From an uncultured bacterium (GTDB taxonomy: Bacteria > Patescibacteriota > Saccharimonadia > UBA4664), in the NCBI GenBank assembly GCA_963720265.1, contig CAVRET010000001.1, positions 197,916 through 261,915 of the forward strand: a stretch of DNA of 64,000 bases, in the 5' to 3' direction. Positions 34,757 through 45,647 of the stretch are shown in pieces. Positions within the stretch are counted from its first letter, which is position 1. Every line of letters starts with the position of its first letter. The position numbers and the translations under genes were made by a program. The notes beneath the pieces are model-generated. The model worked only from the letters and a program-made list of their open reading frames with translations, made no database searches and was not told the origin of the DNA.

Positions 34757-37700
34757 GTGAGGCTCGAGAGGCATAAGTTTAAATACGTTGCTGCGGCAGT
34801 AATTCTGGTTGCCGGTTTGTTTCGAACGTATTTTTATATGACGCCGGTAGCCCAAGCATATAGTCCGGTGGCCGGCCAAAGTTACGACATTTGTGATGAA
34901 CAGTCCCAATACTTGGCGAGTCCGTGGAGCTATCATGCTTTGGCTTCGGGGAGCCAAAACTACACGGTGGCACAGTACGAAGCCTTGAGCGGATATGGCA
35001 CCACGCTACCGCCACTCCCCTCCTATATCTCGGGCGAAAGCTCGATGGCCGAGGCAGCGGTGATATTTGCACCCGGCAGTACCGTGGCCGAGCCTGCCTA
35101 CGATTTTCCAAATACGCCTATCATCTATTTCTTTGAGGGCGGGGCTTATGGTCAGATTGGCTTTGACACGGCGAGCGGCGACGAGTTTATTGGCGGATCA
35201 GCCGTCGGCTATCCGGAGCCGACGTTTGATGACGGTGGCAATGCCTCAGGAATCAACGGTCAAAACGGCTCATTTGACTTCAGTGGTGGTGCGAGCACAC
35301 TGGCAGCTACAGCCAACGTTGGCGCGACCTCGGTTACTACGACCGTGGCTATCCCGGGCTATTTGCAGTGGGTGACATTTGCGGACGGCTCAACCTACAG
35401 TATCGCCAACGCCTCGGGAACGACCATTACGCTCAACAATCCCTTGGCCAACTCGGAGTCGACTGGCGGCTCGGTGTGGGCCAACGTCAACCAGCCGATT
35501 GGCAGCGTATCGGTCGGTGCGGCGCAGGGCGCCACGACGGTTACGGTTGCGGGCTCTTCACTTCCATTGCTGCAATACGGCGTCATCCGGATCGGCGACC
35601 ATGCCTATACAATGAGTTCGGTGTCCGGAAATCAATCGAGCTACACCGTGGGTGTCCAGGGTCTTGACATTGCGGCGGACGCGAATACGCCGGTATATTA
35701 CGACGGTCTGTCCGGCGATGTGACGGTATCGTATCTGGATATAAATAATGATCAGCACGTGACGACCGGCACAATTTATACCGGCGCCGACTGGACCATT
35801 ACGCACAATGATATCCATGACGGAAATTCCAATGGGCCGGGCTACGGCGTGGCCATTTACGGCGGTGACCAGGGCACAATCGAGTACAACTGCTTGTCCA
35901 AAATGGGCGACTATGGCGTGAATGTCTTTGGTACCAATAATAAGTTTGACTATAACGAAGTGTATGAATCAAACTACAACCCCGACCCGGGTTGCGGCTG
36001 CTCAGGTGGCGGCAAGTGGTGGGGCACGCTCAACGCTGACATTGTTGATAATGCATTCATCAACGATTCGCCCGGCGGAGGTGGGCCGGTGTGGCTTGAT
36101 AACGGCAATTCCGGAACGCTCATCCAGGGCAACTATTTTGATATGAGCTATGGCTCGGCGATTGCCAGCGAGACTGGGTTTGACCTCGATGTCACCGGCA
36201 ACCTGTTTCTCAACGGCGGCTGGGGTGACGGCACCGGCGCCTGCGGCGGCGATAACTGCGACGGCGCGGTGAATATTAATAGCTCCGGCGGATTTAATGT
36301 CCCCAGTAGCCGGTATGAGAATGAGGTTTTGGTTTCGAGCAATCAGTTTGTGAATAACTGGATGGGTATTGATGTGTGGCAATCCGGCAGCCGGAGTTGT
36401 GAGAATTCGGGTGAAGGTTGGCCGGATGATGCGCCGTATTGCTCCGGCGGCTATCCTAATAGTGCAAGCACGTCAGCCGGCGGGCAGTTTTATTTTTCGC
36501 ATATTACTGACAACAACCGAGGTGGCACGACCGAGGTGGCAGGTAATACATCGTCCGGCAGTTCGACCGTGCTAGTGCAGGGCTCGGAGGCAATCAATGA
36601 CCAGATCGGTTTTGCCGATCCCTTGTCTACTACTACTGCGAGCACCAACGACGTGACGACACTCTCCGGCTCACAGTCAATTAATGCTGCTTCCACGACG
36701 GGCTTTCCGTCCTCGGGCGACTTGCGCGTGGGCACATCGGCGGCCTGGAGTGACGGCGACGGGAGCTGGACTGGTGCTGTTTTGTCATATACCGGGACGA
36801 CGGCGAACAGTTTTACCGGCGTGTCGTTGGTGCGAGGAACGGGCACGCTGTCCGGGCCGATTCTGCAGGTGCAGCCGTATAAGGTGACGGCCGAGACCTG
36901 TTATGCCAACGACTGTGCGGTCTCCATTACGCCGTCTTTGTCGTCAAATGAGTCGGTCGGTACCGAGGTCTCAAATGCAGGTACCTGCCAGCTCTATGCT
37001 ACGGCCGCGGCTTTGCCGTCCGGCCCACTGGCGCCCAACGGCGTTTCGTATTGGGACGGCTGCCAGTGGGGTGCGCAGGACATTTCTGTTACCGACAATG
37101 ATTTTGTTTTCCAGCCGTCGGTGATAGCAAATAGCGCACCGCTTGTGGGCGGGGGCACAACGACCTCGTGCACGGCCAGCAATACCGATTTCTGCGGAGT
37201 CAACTTTATGGCCAACCAAGTCGGCGGTGAAGCGCCGTTTGACTCGCAGATTAGCGCCAACGCCATGATGAGCAGCTCAAGCTATAGCGGCTGCCCGGGC
37301 TGGGATTCGGGCTGCACGTCTGACCCGCTGGCTAATTTGAATGCACTGTCAAATCCGCCGGGTGTTCCAGTTGGCAACGGCGAAGCGCCTGGTAACGATG
37401 TGTGGTCTGATAATACCTATAACGGGCCGTGGAGTTGGTATGCCTATATCTTTGGCAACTGTGCCGGCGGTGGTCTTGTCATGCCGAGTGACCCGGTAAC
37501 GAGTAAGAGCTTGACGCCGTCCTCCTGCAACGTTGATTTCCCGACCTGGCAAGCAGACTGGCAGCAAGACGCGGGTTCCTCGTATAACTCAAGCGGCGCG
37601 AAGGCCGGCGACCTCAACAATGACGGGCAGGTCAATATTTTCGACCTGTCGATCCTGCTGAGCTCGTGGGGTACGACAAATTCAGCGATTGAGGCCAATC

Positions 37701-37765
37701 TTAACCGCAGCGGTCCGGTAGATATATTTGATTTGTCGATATTCTTGAGTAGTTGGGGGACGTAG
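34757..37765 (+). CDS. secreted right-handed beta-helix protein with a C-terminal dockerin-like domain (1002 aa)
   Basis: Signal/anchor helix; GCGCSGGGKWW, VWLDNGNSG.LIQGNYF; C-terminal GDLNNDGQVNIFDLSILL duplicated. Confidence 0.85.
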   Translation: MRLERHKFKYVAAAVILVAGLFRTYFYMTPVAQAYSPVAGQSYDICDEQSQYLASPWSYHALASGSQNYTVAQYEALSGYGTTLPPLPSYISGESSMAEAAVIFAPGSTVAEPAYDFPNTPIIYFFEGGAYGQIGFDTASGDEFIGGSAVGYPEPTFDDGGNASGINGQNGSFDFSGGASTLAATANVGATSVTTTVAIPGYLQWVTFADGSTYSIANASGTTITLNNPLANSESTGGSVWANVNQPIGSVSVGAAQGATTVTVAGSSLPLLQYGVIRIGDHAYTMSSVSGNQSSYTVGVQGLDIAADANTPVYYDGLSGDVTVSYLDINNDQHVTTGTIYTGADWTITHNDIHDGNSNGPGYGVAIYGGDQGTIEYNCLSKMGDYGVNVFGTNNKFDYNEVYESNYNPDPGCGCSGGGKWWGTLNADIVDNAFINDSPGGGGPVWLDNGNSGTLIQGNYFDMSYGSAIASETGFDLDVTGNLFLNGGWGDGTGACGGDNCDGAVNINSSGGFNVPSSRYENEVLVSSNQFVNNWMGIDVWQSGSRSCENSGEGWPDDAPYCSGGYPNSASTSAGGQFYFSHITDNNRGGTTEVAGNTSSGSSTVLVQGSEAINDQIGFADPLSTTTASTNDVTTLSGSQSINAASTTGFPSSGDLRVGTSAAWSDGDGSWTGAVLSYTGTTANSFTGVSLVRGTGTLSGPILQVQPYKVTAETCYANDCAVSITPSLSSNESVGTEVSNAGTCQLYATAAALPSGPLAPNGVSYWDGCQWGAQDISVTDNDFVFQPSVIANSAPLVGGGTTTSCTASNTDFCGVNFMANQVGGEAPFDSQISANAMMSSSSYSGCPGWDSGCTSDPLANLNALSNPPGVPVGNGEAPGNDVWSDNTYNGPWSWYAYIFGNCAGGGLVMPSDPVTSKSLTPSSCNVDFPTWQADWQQDAGSSYNSSGAKAGDLNNDGQVNIFDLSILLSSWGTTNSAIEANLNRSGPVDIFDLSIFLSSWGT

Positions 37766-37877
37766 TATGGCACGGCAGACGGTTCACCAGCAGCTCGTTT
37801 TGGCCCAGGCCTTACTTGTGGTGATGGACGCGGGCGTCGTACTCGGGCTGGCTACGCACCACTGATCGCATGGGCAG

Positions 37878-38069
37878 CTACGACCGGGGTTTGCTCGTCG
37901 TGTAGATGAGAGCAAGCAGGGCGCATCCGGCTCCGGCGCCGAGCAGTGTGTAGAGCGCCACTTCTTGTTTAATCATGCCGACCCCAAGCCCCAAAACGAC
38001 TGCGCCGACAAAGGTTGCGCCGCTTGCGTATGTGATGCTTGAGGTTTTCTTCGTCCGCTTCGTGGTCAT
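37878..38069 (-). CDS. small 2-TM membrane protein
   Basis: 63-aa ORF, basic N-terminus, two hydrophobic helices. Confidence 0.6.
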   Translation of the reverse strand: MTTKRTKKTSSITYASGATFVGAVVLGLGVGMIKQEVALYTLLGAGAGCALLALIYTTSKPRS

Positions 38070-38108
38070 TCTCGGTGTCCTTAATGTTAATAATGCTCTC
38101 GTGAGCTG

Positions 38109-41100
38109 CTACGTTCCCCAGTTACTCAACAGCATCGAAAGATCAAATATGTTGACCGTGCCGTCATGATTAAGATCGGCGGTGGCGTTATTGGTACCCC
38201 AGGCACTCAACAGAATCGACAGGTCGAAAATATTGACCTGTCCGTCGTTATTAAGATCACCGATTTTGCCTGAGGGACTCGCGCTGGGGGTGGGCGTGGC
38301 GCTGCTTGATGCCTGGGGTGACGGCGTGGCTGAATAGGTGCTACTCGTGTCCTGTTGCCAGTCGGCCTGCCAGTGGGCGAAGTCGACGTTGTAGCACGGA
38401 CTCGGACTCGTTGGTGTTGACTGGTTCGTGGTTGGGTCTTGCGGCAGGGCGTCGCACGGGCCGTAGTTATACGCATTCCAAGTCCAGGGGCCATCGTAGG
38501 TGTTGTCAGACCACAGATTGTTGCTTGGCGCTTCGTTGTTGTTTGCCGGAGCGTCGGGCGGATTTGACAGCGCATTCAAATTAGCCAGCGGGTCAGACGT
38601 GCAGCCCGAATCCCAGGATGGACAAGTGGTAAGTGATGAGTTGCTCATCATCGCATTGCCGTCGATGTTGGTGCCGTACGGAGGATCGCCGCCGTCCTGG
38701 AAGGCCATGAAATTAGTGCCACACTGGTTGGCTGTAGTACAACTGGTGGTGCCGCCGTTATCCGCGGTTTGCGAATTGATATAGGCGGGGTCGATATCGA
38801 AACTATTATCGGTGATCTGGATATTTTTGGGCCGCCATTGGCAGCCGTCGTAGTAAGATATGCTATCGGGTGCGATCGGGCCGGTGGGCGTGGCCACGCT
38901 GGTAGCAAAGAGCGCGCACGTGCCGGCGCTTGTGACCGTAGCGCCGGCGGCAGTAGTGCTCGCAACGGCCGGTGAGACGGTGAGGGCACAGTCATTGGCG
39001 TAGCATGTTTCGGAGGTAACCTTGTAGGGCTGGACCTGGAGTACGGTGCCAGTTAGAGTGCCCGTGCCTCGCACTAACGATACCCCAGTAAAGCTTGTGC
39101 CGGTCGTGCCGGTATAGCTCAGAATAGCACCGGTGAGGCCGCCTCCGCCGCCGGCGGCCGATGTATCGACGCGTAAGTCGCCGGATGATGGGAAACCGCT
39201 GGTGGACGCAGCGTTAATTGACTGTGAGCCGGAGAGTGTCGTTACGTCAGTGGTGCTGTTGGTGGTAGTAGACGTAGGATCGCTAAACCCGATTTGATCA
39301 TCGATGGCCTCAGGTCCTTTCGTCATGACGGTGGTGCTTCCGGCTGAGGCTGTTTGATCCAGCGTTGTCGTACCGCCATGCCCGCTATCGGTTTGGTGCG
39401 AGAAGTAATACTGGCCGCCGGCGGCGGCAGTATCGGTCGTGGGGAAACCGCCCGTGCAATAAGCGGCGTCCACGGGCCAGCCTTCGCCGCTTGACGCACA
39501 GTTGCGCAACCCCGACTCCCAGATCGTGACACCGCCCCAGTCGTTGATGAACTGGTTGCCGGATATGTTTATCTGATTGTTATATCGGCTTAAGGGGATG
39601 CTGAACCCGCCCGAACTGTTTAGTCCAATATCGCCGGCGCAGTTCGAATCGCCACAGCCGCTGCCCGTGCCCCAGTTATCGTCCTCGAACAAGTTGTTCG
39701 TAATATTTAGGTTATAGCCGGTTTCCGACTCGATTGCATCGCCGACGTTTTTGTAAAAGTAGTTGCCCGAGATATTGGTACCGGTATTGCCGTTATCGAG
39801 CCAGATCGCGGGCGTGCCCCCGCCGAGGCCGACTTCCACGAAGGCGTTATCCACAATGTCGGCATTGAGTGTGCCCCACCATTTGTCGCCGGTGCAGCCG
39901 CAGCCTGGATCTCCTTCGTAGCCGGCTTGGTAGACCTCGTTGTAGTCAAAAATCTCGCCTGTTCCTCCCCCGCCGGCGCCTGAGCTGCCCATTTTGGAAA
40001 AACAGTTGTACTCAATGGTAGCTTCGTCTCCTCCGTAGAAGGCGACGCCTTCACCCTCGTTGCGATAGCTGTCATGAATCTTCGAGTGCTCAAGTGTCCA
40101 GCCGGAACCCAGTGTGATAGTGCCGGTAGTATTGTGCAGGTCGTTGTAGATATCCAAGTAATCAACGGTGACTCCGCCGGCCAGGTCGTTGTAGTAGATA
40201 GGCGTGTCGGCGTTGGCCGCAACATCGAGGCCGCCTGAGATTGTGACCGTATATCCGCTTTGACTGCCCGAGACGGCGCCGATCTCGTAGTCCTGGGTGC
40301 CGATGACAATATGTCCCCACTTTACCAGCGGGATGGTGGATGAGCTAAGCGTTACCGTTGTGGCGCCTTGAGCTTTGGTAGCGCCCAGTGTCGCGATTGG
40401 ATCAGAACTATTTGTCCACTCTGCGCTGCCCTGTGCTTCGGGAGTGGTTAATCCAGAATCAAGGGTTACCGATGTTCCTGAGGCGGCGGCGATCCCGTAG
40501 GTGGTGCCGTCGGCAAATGTAATGTTGCCCGCGTAGCTAGAGACGCTTGACGTTAATGTGATAGAGGTTGTGCCAATTCCTGCGGTGGCCGCCAACGTGC
40601 TGCTGTTTCCTGAATACGAATAGGTGTCGTTACCCGCGTCGATGCCGCCGGGGTTGTCCTCGTCGTTAAAGGTGGGTTCGGGATAGCCGGCGGCTGACCC
40701 GCCGATGAATTCATCGCCGCTGATCGTTTGCAGGCCCAGACTAGTGTAAGCTCCGCCTTCGAAATACTGCACGATTGGGGTTTCCGGGAGATTATAGGCC
40801 GGCTCTGACACGACGCTGCCTGGTGCATAAATGACGGCCGCTTCAGTGCTTGAGCTCTCGTCGGCAACATACGACGGCAGCGGCGGCAAGGTTGTGCCAT
40901 ATCCGGTGAGTGCTTCATATTGGGCTACGGTGTAGCTTTGGCTGCCGGAAGGCAGTGCACTATAGCTCCATGGGCTCGTGAGATACTGAGCGGAGTCGTC
41001 GCAAATCATATAGCTTTCGCCTGGTACAGACGAATCGGCCCGGGAATGGGGTCTGAGTATGATACCGACAACCACAAAAGCAATCACTACCGGTGCCATA

Positions 41101-41192
41101 GCGGCCCAAGTGATGGCTTTTTGGCCGGTTATCAAATTCATGCCGCTAAAGCTGGGCCGGGCGAATCTTATCGCTGGCTTTCTCAACAACAT
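38109..41192 (-). CDS. secreted beta-helix/dockerin protein, paralog of 34757..37765 (1027 aa)
   Basis: Collinear similarity, e.g. YTVAQYEAL.GYGTTLPPLPSY, KWWGTLNADIVDNAF, VQPYKVT.ETCYANDCA and the dockerin repeat. Confidence 0.85.
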   Translation of the reverse strand: MLLRKPAIRFARPSFSGMNLITGQKAITWAAMAPVVIAFVVVGIILRPHSRADSSVPGESYMICDDSAQYLTSPWSYSALPSGSQSYTVAQYEALTGYGTTLPPLPSYVADESSSTEAAVIYAPGSVVSEPAYNLPETPIVQYFEGGAYTSLGLQTISGDEFIGGSAAGYPEPTFNDEDNPGGIDAGNDTYSYSGNSSTLAATAGIGTTSITLTSSVSSYAGNITFADGTTYGIAAASGTSVTLDSGLTTPEAQGSAEWTNSSDPIATLGATKAQGATTVTLSSSTIPLVKWGHIVIGTQDYEIGAVSGSQSGYTVTISGGLDVAANADTPIYYNDLAGGVTVDYLDIYNDLHNTTGTITLGSGWTLEHSKIHDSYRNEGEGVAFYGGDEATIEYNCFSKMGSSGAGGGGTGEIFDYNEVYQAGYEGDPGCGCTGDKWWGTLNADIVDNAFVEVGLGGGTPAIWLDNGNTGTNISGNYFYKNVGDAIESETGYNLNITNNLFEDDNWGTGSGCGDSNCAGDIGLNSSGGFSIPLSRYNNQINISGNQFINDWGGVTIWESGLRNCASSGEGWPVDAAYCTGGFPTTDTAAAGGQYYFSHQTDSGHGGTTTLDQTASAGSTTVMTKGPEAIDDQIGFSDPTSTTTNSTTDVTTLSGSQSINAASTSGFPSSGDLRVDTSAAGGGGGLTGAILSYTGTTGTSFTGVSLVRGTGTLTGTVLQVQPYKVTSETCYANDCALTVSPAVASTTAAGATVTSAGTCALFATSVATPTGPIAPDSISYYDGCQWRPKNIQITDNSFDIDPAYINSQTADNGGTTSCTTANQCGTNFMAFQDGGDPPYGTNIDGNAMMSNSSLTTCPSWDSGCTSDPLANLNALSNPPDAPANNNEAPSNNLWSDNTYDGPWTWNAYNYGPCDALPQDPTTNQSTPTSPSPCYNVDFAHWQADWQQDTSSTYSATPSPQASSSATPTPSASPSGKIGDLNNDGQVNIFDLSILLSAWGTNNATADLNHDGTVNIFDLSMLLSNWGT

Positions 41193-41261
41193 CTTGTGAT
41201 AATCATAAGCTCTTTAACAGCTTACCGCTAGTTGCGGGCCTTGATTTCGATCGTTTTGCCG

Positions 41262-43109
41262 TTACGTGCCCCAATGGCTCAGCAGGATTGACAAATCGAA
41301 CACGTTGACCGTGCCGTCGTGATTCAGGTCGGCGGTGGCATTGCTCGTGCCCCAGTCGGTCAACAGAATCGATAGGTCGAAGATATTGACCTGTCCATCA
41401 TCGTTAAGGTCGCCGACTTTGCTCGAAGGTGAACCCGATGGTGTCGGAGTGGGAGTTGGCGTAGCCGTGGGAGAGGCAGTGGAATTGAACGTGCTGCCGG
41501 CGTCCTGCGGCCCAAAATTGTCACCTGAATCTTCAACGTTCGTCAGGCCTGATGTCCATTGCGCCCAGGTCGCGACGTCCAATTGATTAAAGTAGGCGAA
41601 CACCCACGGTCCTTCGTACGTATTGTTTAAGAAGTGGTTGTTCTGGGTATTCGAGATAGCATTGCAGACCGTGTACCCCGGATAAGCAGCCGTAACTGAG
41701 TCTGGAGCAAACAAGCCGTTCATCCCGCAGGCAGTGGATTTGCTGCACTGGCCGCTATAGATTGAGTCACTCGGATTGAATGTGAATTGATTGTTTTGGA
41801 CGGTCACGTTCTGAGTTCGCCACTGACAAAGCTGGTGGTAATCAACAGGTGATGTTTCCGTTAGATTCGAAGGACAGGTATTCGGGCCGGTAGTTTGGAT
41901 CCAGGTGCCAATATTAACACCGCTTGGCGGGGTGAGCGTTCCCGGGTCTTGTCCATCGCCGACATAGCGGTTCGAGTTCTGATAAAGTACAACCCCCGAC
42001 CAGTTATCGTTAAACACGTTGCCCTGGATATTCAGTTCGCCGGCATAGTTACTTGGAACGGTGCTGTCGCCGCCCGACTCGGATATATAAATGGCGCCGG
42101 TTGGGAAGCCCGGATTCGTCGGGCCAGTATAGATGCCGTTGTTAACAAACGTGTTGTCCTCGATATCGGCATTGTAGCTAATCTCGTACATCAGCCCTTC
42201 ACTGCCGTTATTCGAAAAGTAGTTGTTTTGAACGAGAAATCCGGCGTTATCGGTGTCCATCCATAAGCCGGCCGATTCGATATTGTCATGGAAATAATTG
42301 CCGGTTACGGTTACATTGCCATTTTGCCAAAACTTCACACCGCCCTCGATGCCCGACTGCGTTTTTTGGGTGTTATTGAATGACACGTCATTGCCGGTAA
42401 AGGTAATGTTTAGTGCGCCTCCGGTAAACGTGTCTTCGTAAGTCTCATCCACATATGAGTAACCTTGCGCGCCATATTCGCCGTTTTCAGTCAAGCAGTT
42501 GTCCGAAACTACGTTGTCGCCGCCCATCATCATGGCGGCGCCGGGACTGTTATATTGCATGAGGTCGTATTTTTCGGTCCAGCCGTTGTTGCCGTTACCA
42601 TTAACCGAACCGGATGACTGATTAGGAACAAAGTGCTGGATTGTGAGGTACTCAATGGTGACGTTTTGGTCGGACATGTCGTTGTAAGTGCCTACGAACG
42701 CACTGCGGTTAATGTTTTGCCCGTCGAGAATTGCGCCGGGAGCGCCAACATATGTATCGCCGTCGGCCGGCTGGATTTGTGAGAACTCGCCGGCACCTAT
42801 CGTATGCGTGCCAGGCGCGAACCAGTAGGTGGTACTGGCGGTGGAAAAATTAAAGTTGCTGTCATCCCCGGCCGGCACGGTAACAGCACCGCTCGGAGCC
42901 GAGGTGTACGGGTCCTGGTCGCCCGGGAAATTGCTGTCTTCACACCAGCCTACCGGCGGCGAGGTTGGAGCGGCGTTATCCGCGTGGCTGGGTGGCTTGA
43001 TGGTTAGGCCGACGTAGACGGCAAGCAACACGAGAGGAACAGCGGCGACAAATGGCCACGCGTTACGTTTGAGTAGGGTACCGGTGGATATCTTGCTGAC
43101 CCGTGACAT
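41262..43109 (-). CDS. secreted beta-helix/dockerin protein (615 aa)
   Basis: YWFAPGTH, GAPGAILDG, GGVKFW, GLWMDTDNAGF, YEISYNA; PT linker; dockerin repeat. Confidence 0.85.
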   Translation of the reverse strand: MSRVSKISTGTLLKRNAWPFVAAVPLVLLAVYVGLTIKPPSHADNAAPTSPPVGWCEDSNFPGDQDPYTSAPSGAVTVPAGDDSNFNFSTASTTYWFAPGTHTIGAGEFSQIQPADGDTYVGAPGAILDGQNINRSAFVGTYNDMSDQNVTIEYLTIQHFVPNQSSGSVNGNGNNGWTEKYDLMQYNSPGAAMMMGGDNVVSDNCLTENGEYGAQGYSYVDETYEDTFTGGALNITFTGNDVSFNNTQKTQSGIEGGVKFWQNGNVTVTGNYFHDNIESAGLWMDTDNAGFLVQNNYFSNNGSEGLMYEISYNADIEDNTFVNNGIYTGPTNPGFPTGAIYISESGGDSTVPSNYAGELNIQGNVFNDNWSGVVLYQNSNRYVGDGQDPGTLTPPSGVNIGTWIQTTGPNTCPSNLTETSPVDYHQLCQWRTQNVTVQNNQFTFNPSDSIYSGQCSKSTACGMNGLFAPDSVTAAYPGYTVCNAISNTQNNHFLNNTYEGPWVFAYFNQLDVATWAQWTSGLTNVEDSGDNFGPQDAGSTFNSTASPTATPTPTPTPSGSPSSKVGDLNDDGQVNIFDLSILLTDWGTSNATADLNHDGTVNVFDLSILLSHWGT

Positions 43110-43256
43110 CGGTTCTTGATTGCGTTAATGCTTATGCTAAGCTTAGCATGGCCGGTTTCAGTAGTATATGCTGTGTAACTATATAGTGGCGGCAACCTTT
43201 GCAATAGTTAGCCCCGGATCTTGTCTTGTTAAGCATAACCATGATAGATTTGCGCT

Positions 43257-43718
43257 ATGACAAAGAAAACAAAAACTTCATCAAGAGCATATCTCAAGAA
43301 ACTACGCCGTCCACCGCGTAGCCGCTTGTTTGTACTGGGTGCACTGTGCGTGGTATTGGTGGCCGGCGCCGGGGTTTATTTCGTCTCCTCAAGCCTGGCC
43401 TTTACGCCTTGCAGCAAAAAGTACGACTTTGGGATGGGTAATACCGGTAGTTGCGTGTCAATTATTCAGCGCACATTACGCAATTATGGGATGACGACCG
43501 GTAGTAATTACTTTAAGTACAGCCCGAAGTCGGTTCTTACGGCCTCGTTTGTCGATAGCATCTTCGGCCCCAATACGCACGGCCAGATAGAGAATTTTCA
43601 GCGCTGGCAGGGCATCCAGGTGGATGGCGTCGTGGGTCCGCAGACCTGGGGCCAGCTGTGCTCCCTTCCGTTCTCGGATATTAGCAAGACCGATCGCTAC
43701 AATGCCTGCGGTTACTAG
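43257..43718 (+). CDS. membrane-anchored peptidoglycan-binding domain protein
   Basis: TM; G.CV..IQ..L...VDSIFGPNT...FQRWQGIQVDGVVGPQTW. Confidence 0.85.
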   Translation: MTKKTKTSSRAYLKKLRRPPRSRLFVLGALCVVLVAGAGVYFVSSSLAFTPCSKKYDFGMGNTGSCVSIIQRTLRNYGMTTGSNYFKYSPKSVLTASFVDSIFGPNTHGQIENFQRWQGIQVDGVVGPQTWGQLCSLPFSDISKTDRYNACGY

Positions 43719-43758
43719 TACACCGCTCCGAGCCTAGCCGCCATAGCAATCCCAGCTC

Positions 43759-44565
43759 TTAGTGAAAGATCTTATCCCATTCGGTCGTGAAGGTATTTAG
43801 GACGTCGACTGTCAAGCCGGGCGAGCTCGGGAGCGTCGACTCGGGCGTTACGGCTGACGTCGCCGGTATTGTCGCGACCTGCGCCGACTGTTGGGCTGCA
43901 GGATTCGTTTGGGTTGCAGTAATGATGAGACGGCGCAAAGACGTTCCGATCGGCGTGCAGGTAATAAGCGTGAGGGTGGGAGTGGCTGTTGGGTTAAGCA
44001 CTGCCACGTCGGTTGGCTGAACGACCTGACTGTCGGTGACCGTGTATGTGTACAGGTGCGACTGGTAGGTAATGTAGATCTGATTCCCCTGTTTGAGCTT
44101 GTCGAGCAATGTAAAAATAAACTTGTAACGCCCCAATTGCCACCAGTCCTCAGATGAATGGCCGAATATCGCAACGTTTCCAGGCTGCCCTGGTAGCGCC
44201 GTGCTGGGGTAATGGACAACACCGTTCTGCAGGGCATTCAAGATTGCGTTTTCACTAGGGTTCGACTCGTACACGATTGGCGCGTCTACGCCGATGGCCG
44301 GGATTGTTATGTCTGACGCGGACATGGGCGTTGTCGGTGATACACCGATGCCCTTGTCGGCCGCCGGTGTCAGCGGCGCCGCCATGGACGCGCTTCCATG
44401 TTTCATCAGGGCGTAGCGGAGCTGGATATACAGGAGCGGTGAGTTGAGCAGGAGAACGGCTGCGATAAAGGTAACGATGAAGGTTAGGAGCGGCTTAACG
44501 ATCCATTTGGAGTTCCAATTTACCGGCTCAGGATGGAACGATGCCGATTCGTAAACCTGAGGCAT
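43759..44565 (-). CDS. sortase
   Basis: N-terminal TM; HYPSTALPG, AIFGHS, catalytic TLITC, RRLII. Confidence 0.92.
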   Translation of the reverse strand: MPQVYESASFHPEPVNWNSKWIVKPLLTFIVTFIAAVLLLNSPLLYIQLRYALMKHGSASMAAPLTPAADKGIGVSPTTPMSASDITIPAIGVDAPIVYESNPSENAILNALQNGVVHYPSTALPGQPGNVAIFGHSSEDWWQLGRYKFIFTLLDKLKQGNQIYITYQSHLYTYTVTDSQVVQPTDVAVLNPTATPTLTLITCTPIGTSLRRLIITATQTNPAAQQSAQVATIPATSAVTPESTLPSSPGLTVDVLNTFTTEWDKIFH

Positions 44566-44567
44566 TC

Positions 44568-45647
44568 CTAACGCTTCTTAGGGGCAACGATCAACTTTCG
44601 GCGCTGAGTAACCCAGATGTGGAACAGACCGATGGTGACCAGCAAGGCTCCTGCCAGGCTGACGGCGATACCAGTTCCACCGGTCGGCGGCAGTAGGGTT
44701 GAGATGTTTGTCGGTGTCGGGTTCGGGGTTGGTGATGATGGTGAGCCGGACACTGAAATGTTGACCGAGCAGCCTGAGGTCACCGCTGTGGTACCGCCGC
44801 CCGACCCTACAATCTGGAGTGTTGCAGTGTAATTGCCGGGGGTGGTGTAGGTGTGGGTGGTGGTCGTGGCGGGGACTGTGACCTGGTTGTTGTCGCCGAA
44901 GATGTACTGGTATGAACTGATTGATTCACCGCTGGCGCTGCCAGCGCCGGTAAATGTAACCGTGAGCGGTGCGGTACCGGAAACGGTGTCAGACCTCAAG
45001 CTGGTGCAGGCCATTGATACCGAGGGCGTGGGGGTCGGGGTGGGGCCTGAGGTCGGCGGCGGCGTTGGGGTCGGGGTTCGCATTGGCGTCGGTGTGGGCG
45101 TTGGAGTAGGCGAGCTGCAACTGCCCATGCCGGCAAATAACGATCCGCCGATGACACGGGTGTCAGCGTGTAAATACGGAATTTCGGCATAGGCCGGCGG
45201 GAAGTAGTAGTCGATCTGGGTGTTTTGGCAGGTTGGCGGTACTGATACGGTAGCCGTGGTTGACCAGTTTGACTTATCGGCTGGAATGGTGACATTAACT
45301 GCTGCATACTCATATTGCGGTACTGCAGTGTTGTCGTCGCTCTTGCGGTCCCAGGTGCTGGGTACCGTGAAGCTCTCAAGCACTAATGTTTCGGCACTAC
45401 ATAGCGGTTTACCGCCGGCGAGAGAGATGTGTCCGCCGCCGGATCTAGTGAAGCTGGTCTGGTATGAGCTGTATGATGTTGGACTCAAGCAGCTGCTGCC
45501 GCCCGACGAGTTGGCTGAGGCAAACAAGGCTACCCCGCCGAGCATCACGACAAAGCCCATTAAGCTAAGTACGGCTCCGAAGTAAGGATGACGGGGACTA
45601 ATAATTAATGCAGATTTGGGTGATTTTTTTTGTTTAGTTTTGCTCAT
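44568..45647 (-). CDS. PKD-domain surface protein with an LPPTG sorting signal
   Basis: N-terminal TM/signal, PT linker, GTAPLTVTF...YQYIFGD...THTYTTPGNY, LPPTG-TM-RRK; directly upstream of the sortase. Confidence 0.85.
   Translation of the reverse strand: MSKTKQKKSPKSALIISPRHPYFGAVLSLMGFVVMLGGVALFASANSSGGSSCLSPTSYSSYQTSFTRSGGGHISLAGGKPLCSAETLVLESFTVPSTWDRKSDDNTAVPQYEYAAVNVTIPADKSNWSTTATVSVPPTCQNTQIDYYFPPAYAEIPYLHADTRVIGGSLFAGMGSCSSPTPTPTPTPMRTPTPTPPPTSGPTPTPTPSVSMACTSLRSDTVSGTAPLTVTFTGAGSASGESISSYQYIFGDNNQVTVPATTTTHTYTTPGNYTATLQIVGSGGGTTAVTSGCSVNISVSGSPSSPTPNPTPTNISTLLPPTGGTGIAVSLAGALLVTIGLFHIWVTQRRKLIVAPKKR

Noticed and set aside
45020-45115. Tandem GGGGTC/GGCGTT-like repeats as a CRISPR array or VNTR
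   Set aside because: They encode a Pro-Thr linker and have no repeat-spacer structure.
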